A stretch of 58,251 nucleotides of DNA, the filler included, from Dugesia japonica (lineage: Eukaryota), in NCBI GenBank assembly GCA_001938525.1. It is 6 parts of 6 records of this genome, joined end to end, with 100 filler letters (N's around TTAATTAATTAA, not from the genome) between each part and the next. Parts side by side here need not be neighbours in the genome. Positions count along the whole stretch, not along the records: positions 17,708 to 26,710 come from MQRL01472754.1; positions 26,811 to 37,967 come from MQRL01638084.1; 4 more parts are not named here. One strand, written 5' to 3'. Below the pieces are notes generated by a model, which saw only the letters and a list, made by a program, of their open reading frames with translations, was not told the DNA's origin and searched no databases. The position numbers and the translations under genes are program-made. Of this stretch, positions 24,748-37,554 are shown piece after piece; positions within the stretch are counted from its first letter, which is position 1; every line of letters begins with the position of its first letter.

Positions 24748-26710
24748 TATATATATATATCGTGATTCTGGTATTATGGCATATAAAATATATTTTAAAA
24801 ATCTTGGGACCCTGAAGTTGTAATTTTTACAAAATATTTTAAAATATTTTTATAGACTAAACCCTTAGTATTTAATTATACCGATTTTTTAACTAATGGT
24901 ACCATACAAAGATAAAAGGTGTCTATTATGAAATAGTTTCATATTTTATTTTATTTTATTTGCATATTCTATAAATATTATAAACGTTGCTAGCATTTTA
25001 TGTCTCGAGAATCAATTTCATTCTAACAAAATGTGTAATGTAACAGGTGTACTGCTTCTGACAATATTTTTAATATCGTCGATTAATAAACTTTCGGACT
25101 AAAATTCTGAGAAAAATTATACATATTTAAACATNNNNNNNNNNNNNNNNNNNNNNNNNNNNNNNNNNNNNNNNNNNNNNNNNNNNNNNNNNNNNNNNNN
25201 NNNNNNNNNNNNNNNNNNNNNNNNNNNNNNNNNNNNTTTCGATTTCTCCAAATGGAAAACTTATGAAAATAAAGTTTCTCATTGTAACATATAAATTTTC
25301 TTTATAAAATGATTTTTATAATATATATAATTAGAAATTATTTTCTGGCTACATTTCACCAATTATCGTTATTGCAAAAATATTCTAAACATTTCCTTAT
25401 GTAACAATGTGCACATTACATATTTTATACTTTGTAAATTATTTTTAGTCGAAAAATATTTTATTGATATATTATTGCTGATAAATACAAATCGATTTGT
25501 CAGATATAGAGAAATCAATAAATAAACATTTTAGATAAATTAAATTTATTTTATAAAACAAGCAATACTTATTAATACAGATAATAGTTCTACAGATAAT
25601 AATAAAATTGAAAATATTCCAATAATTAGTTTAGAAAATTCCAAAATATAAATAAATAATCAATAAATATCTCGAATTCAATTTATTGGATATTCGTCTT
25701 TATCAGAAACACTAATTACGTGACGATAATATAAATACAGAGATTATTCTTAATTGTCTTGATAATTATTTAAATGCTATTAACTAGATATAATTCTGAT
25801 TGATAGAATAAATGGAAGGCAATTTTAGATTGTTGATAAATTATTTTACTTATTAAAACAATATCGTTTAATATTCTNNNNNNNNNNNNNNNNNNNNNNN
25901 NNNNNNNNNNNNNNNNNNNNNNNNNNNNNNNNNNNNNNNNNNNNNNNNNNNNNNNNNNNNNNNNNNNNNNNNNNNNNNNNNNNNNNNNNNNNNNNNNNNN
26001 NNNNNNNNNNNNNNNNNNNNNNNNNNNNNNNNNNNNNNNNNNNNNNNCGATTTTTCTCTTTAATTCGTCTTCTTACTTTATGTTATGTTTTATTCACTTG
26101 ATAATTATTTACCTTTATTGTGTTTTCTTCTTAATATATTTAAAAAATCTGATTTTGTTCATACCTAAATAAAATATTTGTAATGTTTATCAAGATTTCC
26201 CAATATTGGACGGAAAAAATATTTTAGAAATATTATTTCCTGTAGAACATTTATCAAATAATATTAATACTTTGAAATTAAAGAAATAGTAAATTATTCC
26301 AAAGAATTTCGAAAACAACGTAACGTGTTTATCACACCTTTTTTGTAAAATTGATTTATAAATTCTTTAACTATACATGTACTTTTTATTTAATTCCGAA
26401 ATACCTTGTATGGTGATTCTATGATTAGTGTGATTTAAAATGTAACAAATAATTACTCAAATAAACATGTAAAATGAGTTAATATAACCATAAGGTTATT
26501 TTTATTTGGAAGTTATAAGAAACGCGAAAAGATATATATGCAACCGACCGAAATTATCGAATTAGTTGAAGAAACATCAAATAATATTATAAAAGTTGAT
26601 CACAATATCGAGGGATTTACTGCTACAAAGAAATAAATAAGAAGAAAAAAAAGATAAGCATTAAAAAAATTTGAGATGAATTATTTTTGTATAGCTTTTT
26701 AAAATGGTTT

Positions 26711-26810
26711 NNNNNNNNNNNNNNNNNNNNNNNNNNNNNNNNNNNNNNNNNNNNTTAATTAATTAANNNNNNNNNNNNNNNNNNNNNNNNNNNNNNNNNN
26801 NNNNNNNNNN
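26711..26810. other. Artificial assembly linker 44N-TTAATTAATTAA-44N
   Basis: Same 100-nt spacer. Confidence 0.97.
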
Positions 26811-27202
26811 ATACATATATAAATATAAATACATATATTATTTAAATTAATTAGTTAATTAATTATATCCCTAATAATCATGATAATCCTTATTACTTTT
26901 ATGAATATTCTATAACTCTTAGGATTACGATTAAAATTAACTTTAATTTACAATGGTTATTATTATGGTTAGCATTTGTCAAAAATAAATAAGTGTCTCA
27001 TTTCTCTAAATTTTCTGGTGAATCGGATTTCTGGTGATAATAATTTAAATTGGGCTTTAGTAACCTTTTGTATGTAACACTATGTGTAATGAGATTGGTC
27101 TTATAAATTTCATTTTATAATACTGGTGCAAAGTTACCCAACTGTTATAATATTAATAACATTGAGTAAAAGGTAACACCTTAAACCCTGTTTATATTTC
27201 AG

Positions 27203-27561
27203 TGCATTCGTCTTTAAATAGGTCCTAGGCCCCTACTAAAAAAGTATGGGAAGATAATGATGACAAAGAGATAACGTGGGATCTTTATAGGTTAGCTAAA
27301 AGGCGATGGGAAGCGGAGGTTGCCGCGGCGGACGCTAAAGTAAAGCGATACAAGCGCAAATGTTTAGCCTTCAAAGTAGAAAGGGACGCCACCCAGAATC
27401 AAGAGAGAGTGTGGATGTCCCAGGTTGAAACTTTTACCAATGTTATTCATTCGTATCAGGAACGGGAGAATAGCTTGATGGAAAACGTGTTGAAGTTGAG
27501 AGCTGCTACTCCTCTGGCCCCTCTCTTAATAGATAAGGGCACCCAAACCAATCGCTCCTGA
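27203..27561 (+). CDS. LTR-embedded accessory exon A (coiled-coil-like, about 118 codons, one early stop)
   Basis: Acceptor TTTATATTTCAG|TG; TAG at 27226-27228; then 110 open codons APTKKVWEDNDDKEITWDLYRLAKRRWEAEVAAADAKVKRYKRKCLAFKVERDATQNQERVWMSQVETFTNVIHSYQERENSLMENVLKLRAA...; AATAAA at 27590. Confidence 0.55.
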
Positions 27562-27671
27562 GCATCGTATTCACTATTGTAGTGACTTTAATAAATTAAT
27601 TATACCTTTACTAATTGTTTTCTCTAATTGTGAATTTGAGTTTCGTCGGTTAAATTGTATTTTTCATTCAG

Positions 27672-28047
27672 TGCCACGAATTAACTTTCCAAATAGCATC
27701 CGAATGTGTCATAGAATTATACGCCGCCTACTGGTCGAACGACACCTCAAGCGTAAGACCAATAGGGCACTTATGAGACACCTGGACCAACGGGATCAGC
27801 TAATTAAAAAATTAGATCTCATCATAAAAAAGCAGAATGACCTTGCGGTCCAAACAAAGGTCTTAGAAGCCGAGAATTGTTGTTAAGAAAAATCGAGTTC
27901 TTAAAGCAATATATTGCTGACCTGTCCCATCGAATAGGTCACCCATCTGTAACACAATGGGATGATAATGACGACGTAGCCGCCTTCAACTTCGCGGTAA
28001 CGGAATCCGATCAGTGGTTAGATCCGGGGGCCCTGGATCTGCTTTAA
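27672..28047 (+). CDS. LTR-embedded accessory exon B (basic region plus leucine-zipper-like coiled coil, acidic tail; one frameshift)
   Basis: Acceptor TTTTTCATTCAG|TG; PRINFPNSIRMCHRIIRRLLVERHLKRKTNRALMRHLDQRDQLIKKLDLIIKKQNDLAVQTKVLEAEN / LLRKIEFLKQYIADLSHRIGHPSVTQWDDNDDVAAFNFAVTESDQWLDPGALDLL*; AATAAA at about 28059. Confidence 0.55.
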
Positions 28048-28297
28048 ATATTTTTATAAAATAAAATTTCTGTGTTCAAATTTATAATTTCTTATGTTAA
28101 CGATAAGGAAAAAATCATTGAACCCGAAAATAAAGGTTATCAGTGTGTACCTTCCATTAAGAGTAAGGTCAACCGCCATAACTGAAAACCTACCCCGGGA
28201 CGGTAGGGTAAATTCTTGAAAGGGTTCCCTGAGGGCTGTTTTTTCCCCAGCCATCTTCGGGTGACACCCAACTCAAGTGGGACCCCAACAAGAATTT

Positions 28298-28317
28298 TGG
28301 GGGCTCAGCCGGGATTT
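28298..28317 (+). promoter_or_regulatory. Primer-binding site complementary to tRNA-Pro 3' end
   Basis: TGGGGGCTCAGCCGGGATTT compared with the canonical PBS-Pro TGGGGGCTCGTCCGGGATTT (2 differences). Confidence 0.9.
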
Positions 28318-28604
28318 ATTAAATTTTTTCAAGAAACAAAAACCTTGTGGGAATGAGGGATAAAAGCATGAAGATTATTATTATATATAATATTATTGAT
28401 GAAAACTATTTAATAATAAATAAATAAACAATTGAAATTATAAAATGGCAAAATTATTTTTGAAAATAGTAGATGGTAAATTAAGAAGTCAACGAATGAT
28501 ATAAAAATAAGACAATGCTAAGGAATTAATAAATAGGAAGTAATAAGAAAACCGGGTAAAATAAGGAAATAAAATCAATAAAATTGGGTATTTTATATTT
28601 TCAG

Positions 28605-28625
28605 AGATCATGTCGAGACACCCAC
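28605..28625 (+). CDS. Candidate leader mini-exon providing ATG (MSRHP + 1 nt), phase-1 donor
   Basis: TTTTATATTTTCAG|AGATC ATG TCG AGA CAC CCA C|GTAAGT: strong acceptor, consensus donor, ATG at 28610. Confidence 0.55.
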
Positions 28626-28649
28626 GTAAGTCATCACAAAACCGTCAAC

Positions 28650-29580
28650 AAGGAAGATAAATACAGGAAGATACTTTAAAGGAAGATAAATAAAAGGAAG
28701 ATAATCAGGAAGAAATTTTAAGGAAGATAATCAGGAAGAAATCAGGAAGCTAATCAGGAAGAAAATTTGAGGAAGATATTAGGAAGAATATCCAGTCATA
28801 TTTATTACGGACACAGTTATGGAAAATAGGGAGCCCCAATTGGTAAGCTACAATCAGAAGATTGATCACCTTTGTAGAAAGTAGCTGCAACAGTTGTCTA
28901 ATGACCGTAGCTGGAGAAGTAACCGAGTATTATTGGATATGTTAAAGGAAGACCACGTGAAGGCCTAATGGCAGACCACGTCGGGAAAAGGAAGCATAAT
29001 TTAGGAAGCCTGCGTATGGGAGGGAAAACCTCGTAAGAAATTTAAGGAAGCCTACGCAAGAAAGGAAGAACACATGAAAGCCTAAGCACGTTAACCAGTA
29101 CGTTAAAGGTAGACCATGTCGGGAAATAAAGGAAGCCTGCGCAAGGAAGGAAAATACGTGAAGTCCTAAACACATTAACCAGTATGTTAAAGGAAGGCCA
29201 CGTAGTTAAGCACACTAAAGGAAGCCTGATTAGAGGAAGATTTAAAGGAAGTCGGAAGCGTTCGCCTGCACGAAAAGGGTACTCCAAACGGAGCAACCGA
29301 TCCCTCAGAAAACTTTCGGTACTCCCCCAGGAAGAATTATTAAGAGTGTGCACTGTTACCCTGGCATATTAAAAGGAAGAAAAGGAAGAAAGCCAGAAGA
29401 GTTCACCTATACTACAGAAAAATGGGTACTCCCACANNNNNNNNNNNNNNNNNNNNNNNNNNNNNNNNNNNNNNNNNNNNNNNNNNNNNNNNNNNNNNNN
29501 NNNNNNNNNNNNNNNGAAGACTTAATTAGGGAAAATTAAAAGGAAGATTAAATGAAGATGTAAGTAAATAAAAAGGAAGA
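28650..29580 (+). repeat. AGGAAG-rich tandem array and about 85-bp repeats in the Gypsy 5' leader
   Basis: About 11 AGGAAG units at roughly 10-15-nt spacing in 28650-28790, and many more downstream. TTAACCAGTAYGTTAAAGG is repeated at about 29091 and 29175. Confidence 0.8.
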
Positions 29581-29869
29581 TGGTTGGGGGGACTATGGTG
29601 ACCAGTGTGGAGCAGCATGATATTAAAGTGAGACAATTAGAAGTAAATTTTATTCTAGTAAATTAAGATACAAGAGTTCCAGAGCCAAAACCGACATACC
29701 ATAGACAATCAACAAGCCAGACTCTGACAAAATAGATTCCGACTCAGAAAATAGGAAACCACTTACAAGGTCCAACACCTCTGGGATATTCAATTCAAGT
29801 ACAGTTTTAAAAGAAAACCAACCCACTCGACGAGGATCAACCAGGAAACCAAAAAACTCATCTATTTAT

Positions 29870-31130
29870 TTGGATCCCGAAGAGAATATTTGTTCATCCA
29901 GGAAATTAGAACTTGACAAGACAAAACCCAAACCTAAAACATTAGAACCCATCAGCTCAAACAGTAGTCCGAGTGATAAAGAAAATACAGCTAATCCAAA
30001 AACCACATCCAGTAAAACTCCAGTAGATAGTAATCGATCAAGTGGGGTAAGTTATACATCAGACGAAACAGAAATCATAGAGGTGTCAGATAGTAATCAA
30101 GTAAATATCGACGCATTAGTAATACGACCAAGCAATTTAGAGACCGAGATACCCTCATTAGTAAACCAAAACCCGAAAATAGAAACTGATCTCGCAAAAG
30201 ATAAAAATATGGCCACTAAAACTGAGAACCATCAACCAAAGTGGAAAATAAAATTCGACGGCGAATATTTTAGTGGAATACCAGAGAAATTAGACAAATT
30301 TATCCAAAATTACGAAATGTTCGCCAAAACCTGTGGTTGGGACGAGGAAGCAAAAAGGAAAAGATTACCAGCCTACTTAACCGAAGCAGCCAAAACAGTG
30401 TTTTGGGATCATACTAAGGGCATGGAAGCTATTCCCGACAAATGGGAAGAAGTGGTGAAAATACTAACAGATAATTTCCAAAACTTAAAATTGACAGGCC
30501 AGGATTTCGAACAATTTAAAAATCGGAAACAACAAAGAAAAGAAACTCCCCAAGCTTATATGATGGAACTTAGGAGGCGTGGCAAATTAGCCTTAGGGGA
30601 CAAGCTGGAAGATAGTCAGGTACTCACTATCTTTTTAAATGGATTGCGAGATGAGAACGCCAAACTAATGGTAAAACTGAGCAAGCCAGTAACGCTACAG
30701 GATGCGCTGGCTACGTTACGAATTGTAGCAGATAGGACATCCGAACGAATATTCAAAGTAGAAGGACAGACAGAGGAAACCACACCACGAATATCGGATT
30801 TCATACCCAACACACAATTAATGATGAAAACCCTGACCCCAGAGGAGGAACGGAATAACCGGAATGATAGCTCTAATTATCCTAAAGGAAATAGTGGAGG
30901 ATTTATCGCGGAATAATTGGCAAAATAATCGAGATATACAATGCAATACCTGTGGAAGAAGAGGACACATAGCTCGCGACTGTAGAAGTAGGGGAAATAA
31001 TGGTAACAACAATCGATTTTGTACCTATTGTATGAAGACCAACCACAACATAGAAACATGTTTTTTGAAGAACCCAACCGTATGTTATAAATGTAATAGA
31101 AGATGACATATGGCAAAAGAATGTCAAGCC
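29870..31130 (+). pseudogene. Gypsy Gag (capsid plus three CCHC zinc knuckles), frameshift at about 30900 and one stop
   Basis: FSGIPEKLDKFIQNYE...WDEEAKRKRLPAYLTEAAKTVF...RKQQRKETPQAYMMEL; knuckles CNTCGRRGHIARDC, CTYCMKTNHNIETC, CYKCNRR*HMAKEC. Confidence 0.92.
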
Positions 31131-33775
31131 GGAAATCAAACAAATTATAATCGAAATCCGAATACAAGTTTGGATAATCTAATGCAGGAAAATGAGAGAT
31201 TAAGGCAACGAGTAAATCAAAACAAGGGACAAGTTAATTTAGTGCATCAAAGTACTTTTGACAATGAGTACCACAAGGTGCAACAGGAAAATGACAGTCT
31301 CAAGTGGCAAAACCAAGATTTACAGGTACAGCAGGAGAGACTAGCTAAAAGAAAACTATTAAACGAACCACACAAGAATCAGTGTAACATGATCCGGACT
31401 CACAGGCAAGTCTATAACCAGCATGACGAAACAACAGAAGTCACCGAAATGGAAGATACTCGCAAACGAATATTGATTACGTCACCAGAATTTGACTGGA
31501 CGGAAGAGATCATAAAACAATAAAACCGTCAGTAACAACCACCGGAAGAAGACGGGTGATGAACCAGTTGCTCCGATTATATCAGCACCCGCAGGTACAC
31601 GCCAAGGTAAGGGTTAATTGGCAGAAAACGATATCGGACTATATCAAGAAACCAAACTAGAGGACCATGAGTTCAAAATTCAATATGTATGGCATAACAA
31701 CCCAGAGGTAGTTCCAAAGCGACTAAAGCTCGCATTAAAAGGAATGACGGTGCGACACTTAAAGGAAGCAACCAACGAAATAAAATGGGGAGAGGTGAAC
31801 GGCAACAAGGGTATGGCAGTAAACCCAATCTTCGAAGCACCACCATTTAATGATCAACAACAATGGAATGCGAAATGGAATAGACATAGAATACAAATCG
31901 GCAATATCGGAATTAATATTATTCCAAACGATAAGAACTTAATTTATTACGGGGCAAGACCTCATGAGATAACCATAATCAAGTTAATCAACTGAGGATT
32001 AGTGTTCAGACCCCAAATAGTAATTCAAGAAATAGAAACAAGCGAGTTATATCATAATCTCGAAGAAACATTCTTGAAAGAAATTGTTCCCCTCCAGTCA
32101 CAAACCTATATGCGGAAGAGATTGGGGACAGTAAGGCTAATGGACCATCTAGAACTGGGGCAAATCGAAGCATCAAGATTATCATTAGCTCGAATAGATG
32201 AGATACTAGTAGCCGCCAAGAAACTCCATGATACCATCAGGAAGGACGTATATTTAAAATTGACAAATCGATTGGTGGTGCTATTGGAAGTTATAAAATT
32301 GATAACTACTGAAGAAAGTGATTGGACAGAATGGTTACCGGTACATTACGATTGGGTTATATCCAAAATGGGCTTATTGGATTACCAAGTATGGTTATAT
32401 AACCCGGAAGGTAATATGAAATTGACACTCATGGGATTAATGGTAGAAGACCTAGAAGCGGCACTCAATCAAGCAGGTTATCCATGTGTGATGGGTAAAT
32501 ACGTATGCACTCCAAGTGCAATAGTGGATTTTAATGCCAGAAAAAGACATATCTACGATTTCGGAATAAAACCAGGAGAAGAAATCAAACTGGTAATATT
32601 GGACAAACACCGATGAATCGATTATGACGTATGGGTAACGAAAACCGGTAGATCAGCTTTTGAAATCATGGGAGAAATGGAATACCTATATAAACAAGGA
32701 GTAGAGCCAATTAAAATTAAGATACTTTCCACGGTACTCGGAAAGAAAGATAAACTGACAAAGGAAGAAAGGAAAAAGTTGTTAATGACGCGTAATGACT
32801 TCCTTAGACAACGATTGGAGAGAAGAGAAGGTAAATGCAACATGATAAGAATGCGACAGATGCCGTCAAGAGAGGTAGTNNNNNNNNNNNNNNNNNNNNN
32901 NNNNNNNNNNNNNNNNNNNNNNNNNNNNNNNNNNNNNNNNNNNNNNNNNNNNNNNNNNNNNNNNNNNNNNNNNNNNNNNNNNNNNNNNNNNNNNNNNNNN
33001 NCGGAGGAAATCGAGAATCAATGGCTCTTGATGAGGCAGAAGTATGCCGAGGAAATATTGGCAACCACCAAAATTCGGGATTATCAGTTATATTTGAATA
33101 TAGGTAAAATGAACAGGAATTGACTAAATACAGCCGATTAAAACCACAAAGAATAACCATGATGGACTTAATGGATGCCATCACCGATAAGTGGCGAGAG
33201 CAAAGATTAAATATAGTGCCTCTGTTCATAAATGGAAAATTGGTAGAAACGGATGATGAGGACAAACACATATTCCAATGCCATGCGAAGCCTGGAGAGA
33301 TATGTGAGCTAGATGTNNNNNNNNNNNNNNNNNNNNNNNNNNNNNNNNNNNNNNNNNNNNNNNNNNGAATCCCGAACAGTTCCACCACCAGACCTTGAAG
33401 AAAGGATGGAAGAGATAACAGAAATATACGTAACCGAAGTATTGTCAGACATAAAGAAACAAGTAAAAGAAAATCAGAAAATACAGAATATTGATAACTT
33501 ACCAATAACCCCCACAAAGTCAGTTGTATTCCCAGAAGGGTCACCAACAATACGCGACGGATGAACAATACGGATGAACTATACCAAACCGATAACGGAG
33601 GAATCTGCCACGTTTCACGCTATCAATGATTTAATGAGAGTAACACGCGAAACGCGCCCGGTAGTAAATATCAAAGTATATTGGAAAATGATGAATAATC
33701 TACGGGATTTAGCCCCCTATGGACAACTTAGCTTGTGGGCCCGTGCACAATGGTGGAAAAAGAAAAATCTTTACG
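31131..33775 (+). pseudogene. Unknown coding insert between Gag and RNase H
   Basis: ORFs at 31618, 32002, 32668, 33313 and 33574 share the RNase H frame and are mostly separated by single TGA stops. No D[ST]G protease or YxDD RT motif was seen. Confidence 0.65.
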
Positions 33776-35654
33776 AAGAAGAGGAACAACAACAAGCATT
33801 CGAAACTTTACTGGATAAGCTATTAACCGAACCAATTCTAGTACATCCAGACTTCAAAAAGCCATTTATATTAGCCACTGACGCTAGTGGATACGCGATG
33901 GGCGCCGTATTAAGTCAACTAGATGAACAAGGGAGAGAAAGAGTGATTGCATATTTTAGCAAGAAATTCCAAGGAGCAGAGTTGAATTATAGCACGAAGG
34001 AACGGGAGATAATGGCTACTGTGAAAGCCACCAAACATTTTCGATCACTTATACATGGTCACGAAGTAGTAATCTATACGGATCATTTACCAATCACTTT
34101 TATGGCACAAATACCACTACGATGGAATAGAATGGCCAAGTGGCAACTAGCAATGCCAGATTATTGTCCTCTATTAAAATTTAAAATGGGCAAAGCCAAC
34201 TCAAATGTGGCTTGTCTGTCAAGGATTGGTGGACCAGAAGCCACGGAGAATGCACCAGAGGATACAGAAACATTTACATTAAGGGAATTATTGGAGAAAA
34301 AGATAAGAATAGTATACTTTATACTAACGGAAGATAGAAATTTCGATGTGTTAAAGCAAGCACAAACCGACGATGACGAGATCAAGATCATTACGAAATA
34401 CATGGAAAATTATAATTTGGAAGAATTAGAATGTGAATCTAAGATGAAAGAGCACCTAAAAAAGAATGGGGGGCGATTTGCACTCACCAAAGGATGGTTG
34501 ACAGCTCAGGATGGAGACAATACCATGTTAGTTATTCCCAAAGCAAGACAAGATAAGTTACTTGAACAGTATCTCAATGGTGTACTTGGCGGACACATGT
34601 CTCATAAGAAGACTGAATCCAAATTAAGACAAAAATATTAATGGCCAAACATGACACAATGCCAGATATGCGCTGCCAGACGAGGAACAGGAAAAAGAGT
34701 AAAAACGTTATTAAGACCCATTGCCGTACCAGCGGCACCAATGGAAATCATCGCTATGGATGTAGTTGGACCATTGCCACCGACCTTAAGCGGAAATATT
34801 TACATACTTACCATCATGGATTATTTGTCTAAATTCCCGGAGGCATTTCCAATGAAAAATCAAAAAGCAACCACAATAGCAGACATATTGGTACGAAAAT
34901 TCTTCAGTAGATATGGTACACCAAAGAAAATATTGACGGATCAGGGAAGAACTTTATGAGCAACATATTAGCAGAAATATCGAACTTCCTAAAAATTCAC
35001 CAATTACGAACCTCACCTTATCACCCCCAAACGGATGGGTTAACAGAAAGATTTAATAAAACCTTGATCAATATGCTGTCCAGTTATGCTCAAAAGGAAC
35101 AAAATCACTGGGATAAACATATTCAACTTTGCCTATTTGCATATCGGATGAGTGTGCACCCAGCAACTAAATACACCCCATTCGGCCTGATGTATGGCAG
35201 AGAGTGCAACATGCCTATTGACTCGGAATTCCAACCACCAATAACGCAATACCAAGACGAAACAGATTTCGCTGCAAATTTCAAAGAAACCATGCAGAAA
35301 ATATGGAAACAAGCCAAAGAAAATGTAGGTTTCTACCAGGAAAGCTACAAGGATCTACATGATAAATCAGCAGTGCAGCATTCCTTTAAAAAAGGCGATA
35401 TGGTATTAATCAATTTACCAGACATTTGTGTCGGCACAACATCAAAACTAAAACGACCATGGCAAGGACCGTATGAGGTAATCAAAGTAACAGAAACTAA
35501 CCTCAAGGTTCGGAAAAAAGGGAACCTACTGGAGAAGCCTAATATATATCACGCCAACTTGTGTAAAAAGGCGGCGATGACAGAAAAAGTCGCACCAGCC
35601 ATAAGCATCGAGCCCACTACGATGGACCGTAAAGGGCCAGGTCGGTCACGTTAG
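33776..35654 (+). pseudogene. Gypsy Pol C-terminal half: RT connection, RNase H, integrase
   Basis: QQAFETLLDKLLTEPILVHPDFKKPFILATDASGYAMGAVLSQ; NYSTKEREIMA; YTDHLP; GGHMSHKKT..CQIC; AMDVVGPLP; ILTDQG; SPYHPQTDGLTERFNKTL; WQGPYEV. Stop at 34639, frameshift at about 34955. Confidence 0.95.
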
Positions 35655-35766
35655 TCAGAAAAAATAGAATTAAATATATCACACAGCTATCCATTACGGT
35701 CACAACAAGCCATGACGGTACTTAGTAAACCACTAATAAATCCTTCACCAGTAATAAAAAGAAACA

Positions 35767-37554
35767 GTGATAAAGAAAAACAGTCTCAGCGAGGATGCTG
35801 AGTTTGAAGAAAACGGGGAAGGATTATTAACGGGAAAGGAGAAAAAAGTAAAACAAGAAACGAGTCTACCTGCTGCAAAAACGGAAACAGAATTACAAAA
35901 GAAAACTAAGGTATTAAAGATGAATGTTTTTAGACACGTCATCAACCAAGGAAAAACTATGGAGGGTAGTACAATCACAAATACCTCACCAAGTATTTCG
36001 GTGATAGAACAAACAAGTAAATTATGCAAAATCAAACATACATTAAATAATATCCAACCCCAGCAAACACGGCAAAGAGCGTCGTTAATTAATAATGAAG
36101 AAATGGTTACGAAACAAACGGTTAAAACGTTATCTTTCAATTCAGGTAATCAAATGCGACGACCACTTATGATATAGGTAATGAGCGCCACTACAATCTA
36201 TCCAATCACATATCAAGGAATACAAACACCTAAAACAGAGGAGAATTGTGCTCATATCGTAAAGATAACATGTCCACTTTCAGTAATGCAGTTAGAAGGA
36301 AACTGTTCACAATGTATAAAGAAGACGCAAATCATACTAAAAACCACGTGGAAGGCGATTTATGATCAGAAGACATGGTTATTAAGACAAGAAAATTGGT
36401 TCAAAAAAGATTGTGAAGGGTCACGAATCGAACTACCAATTGAAGCACCTATCCGGCAATCTACCTTAAAAAAGTTATGTTTATCCTGTACCGAAATATC
36501 CAGTGAAGAATTGTTAACATCTATTCACTTATTCCACCATACACCAGTACGATGGAACTGGATTAAGGTATACGAACCATTGAAAATCCAATTGCCAGGA
36601 AGTATGACCACACCAGCTATCCAAAGCAGATCAGCTTGGAAGAAGTCGAAACCAATAAAAATTGTAAACTTTCTTGAAGAACTTAAAACGCAAGGGAAGT
36701 CGACTCAGAGTCAAGGTGACGAAGAGGCGAGAGAAGCATGTCAGAATCAAGATAAAGAAATGAAGGAAAAAGAAAAACAACTAGCCAGAATAACGTCGAG
36801 AAGGGAGAATAAAATAGAAGCGACACTAATACCAAGGAAAGGGGATCAAACAGAATTTAAAAAATCAAAAAATGAGTTAAAACAAGAAAGCAAGAATGAG
36901 ATTACAATGAAATTAATAGTTAAATTATCCCTGCTATTATGGGCAGTAATAAACACAAGTTGGGATCATGGCCTTTTAGTGTGGTCAACCGCAAAACTTA
37001 TTAAAAATACGGGGAAAGGACACCCCATATCGAGTATCTTATATGAAATCACAGGGATAATTCTACTCTGGTTAACGTCACCAGCACTGGCAACACAACA
37101 AGCACAAAAACTCAGCCAAAATCAAATTTCTAATGTCCAAAGTATATTGATTATCTTATTAACAGCCGTAAAGGAAATACAAAGTCAGGAATGCTGGGTA
37201 AATGAACCAGTATTGACAGAACATAGGATAGCCACGGGAAAAGATGTATCCAAGGTGACGACCATTAGTCGTTCTGGATTATTAAAAAAGCGGAAAACAC
37301 AACCAATGTATCATACCGGGAAAATAACGCTTGTACCAGTAATAGAAAGTCAAAAGAGGACAATGGTAAGAATAGATGAAACAAAAGGGAAAATAAAAGT
37401 ACACCTCTTAAGCCAATTGCCGATAGAAGGTCGATTGATACAATTTGGCCTAGATAAATGGGTAATAAATTCCGTGGTGGATATAAAATGTGAAAACCCA
37501 GACAATCCATTATTGTATGAAATGAAAGCAGAATTTGCAATAGTGGTCGAGTAG
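35767..37554 (+). pseudogene. Extra 3' ORF in env position (membrane-protein-like, unidentified)
   Basis: ORFs 35767-36177 and 36181-37554 are in one frame. Cys-rich block followed by three hydrophobic segments (LIVKLSLLLWAVI, ILYEITGIILLWLTSPALA, VQSILIILLTAV). Confidence 0.55.

Larger units (their letters stand above)
27143..28290 (+). repeat. Putative 5' LTR (at least 1.1 kb; start uncertain)
   Basis: Ends in AACA 7 nt before the PBS; candidate TGTT start at 27143; AATAAA signals; hairpin-rich 3' end (CCTACC..GGTAGG, GGCTG..CAGCC). No second LTR is available to confirm the start. Confidence 0.55.

Noticed and set aside
27166-27202. Local donors (GA|GTAAAA, AG|GTAAC) that could splice to LTR exon A
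   Set aside because: The resulting introns would be 37 or 30 nt, shorter than the 45-46-nt candidates elsewhere; the leader mini-exon at 28605-28625 fits better.
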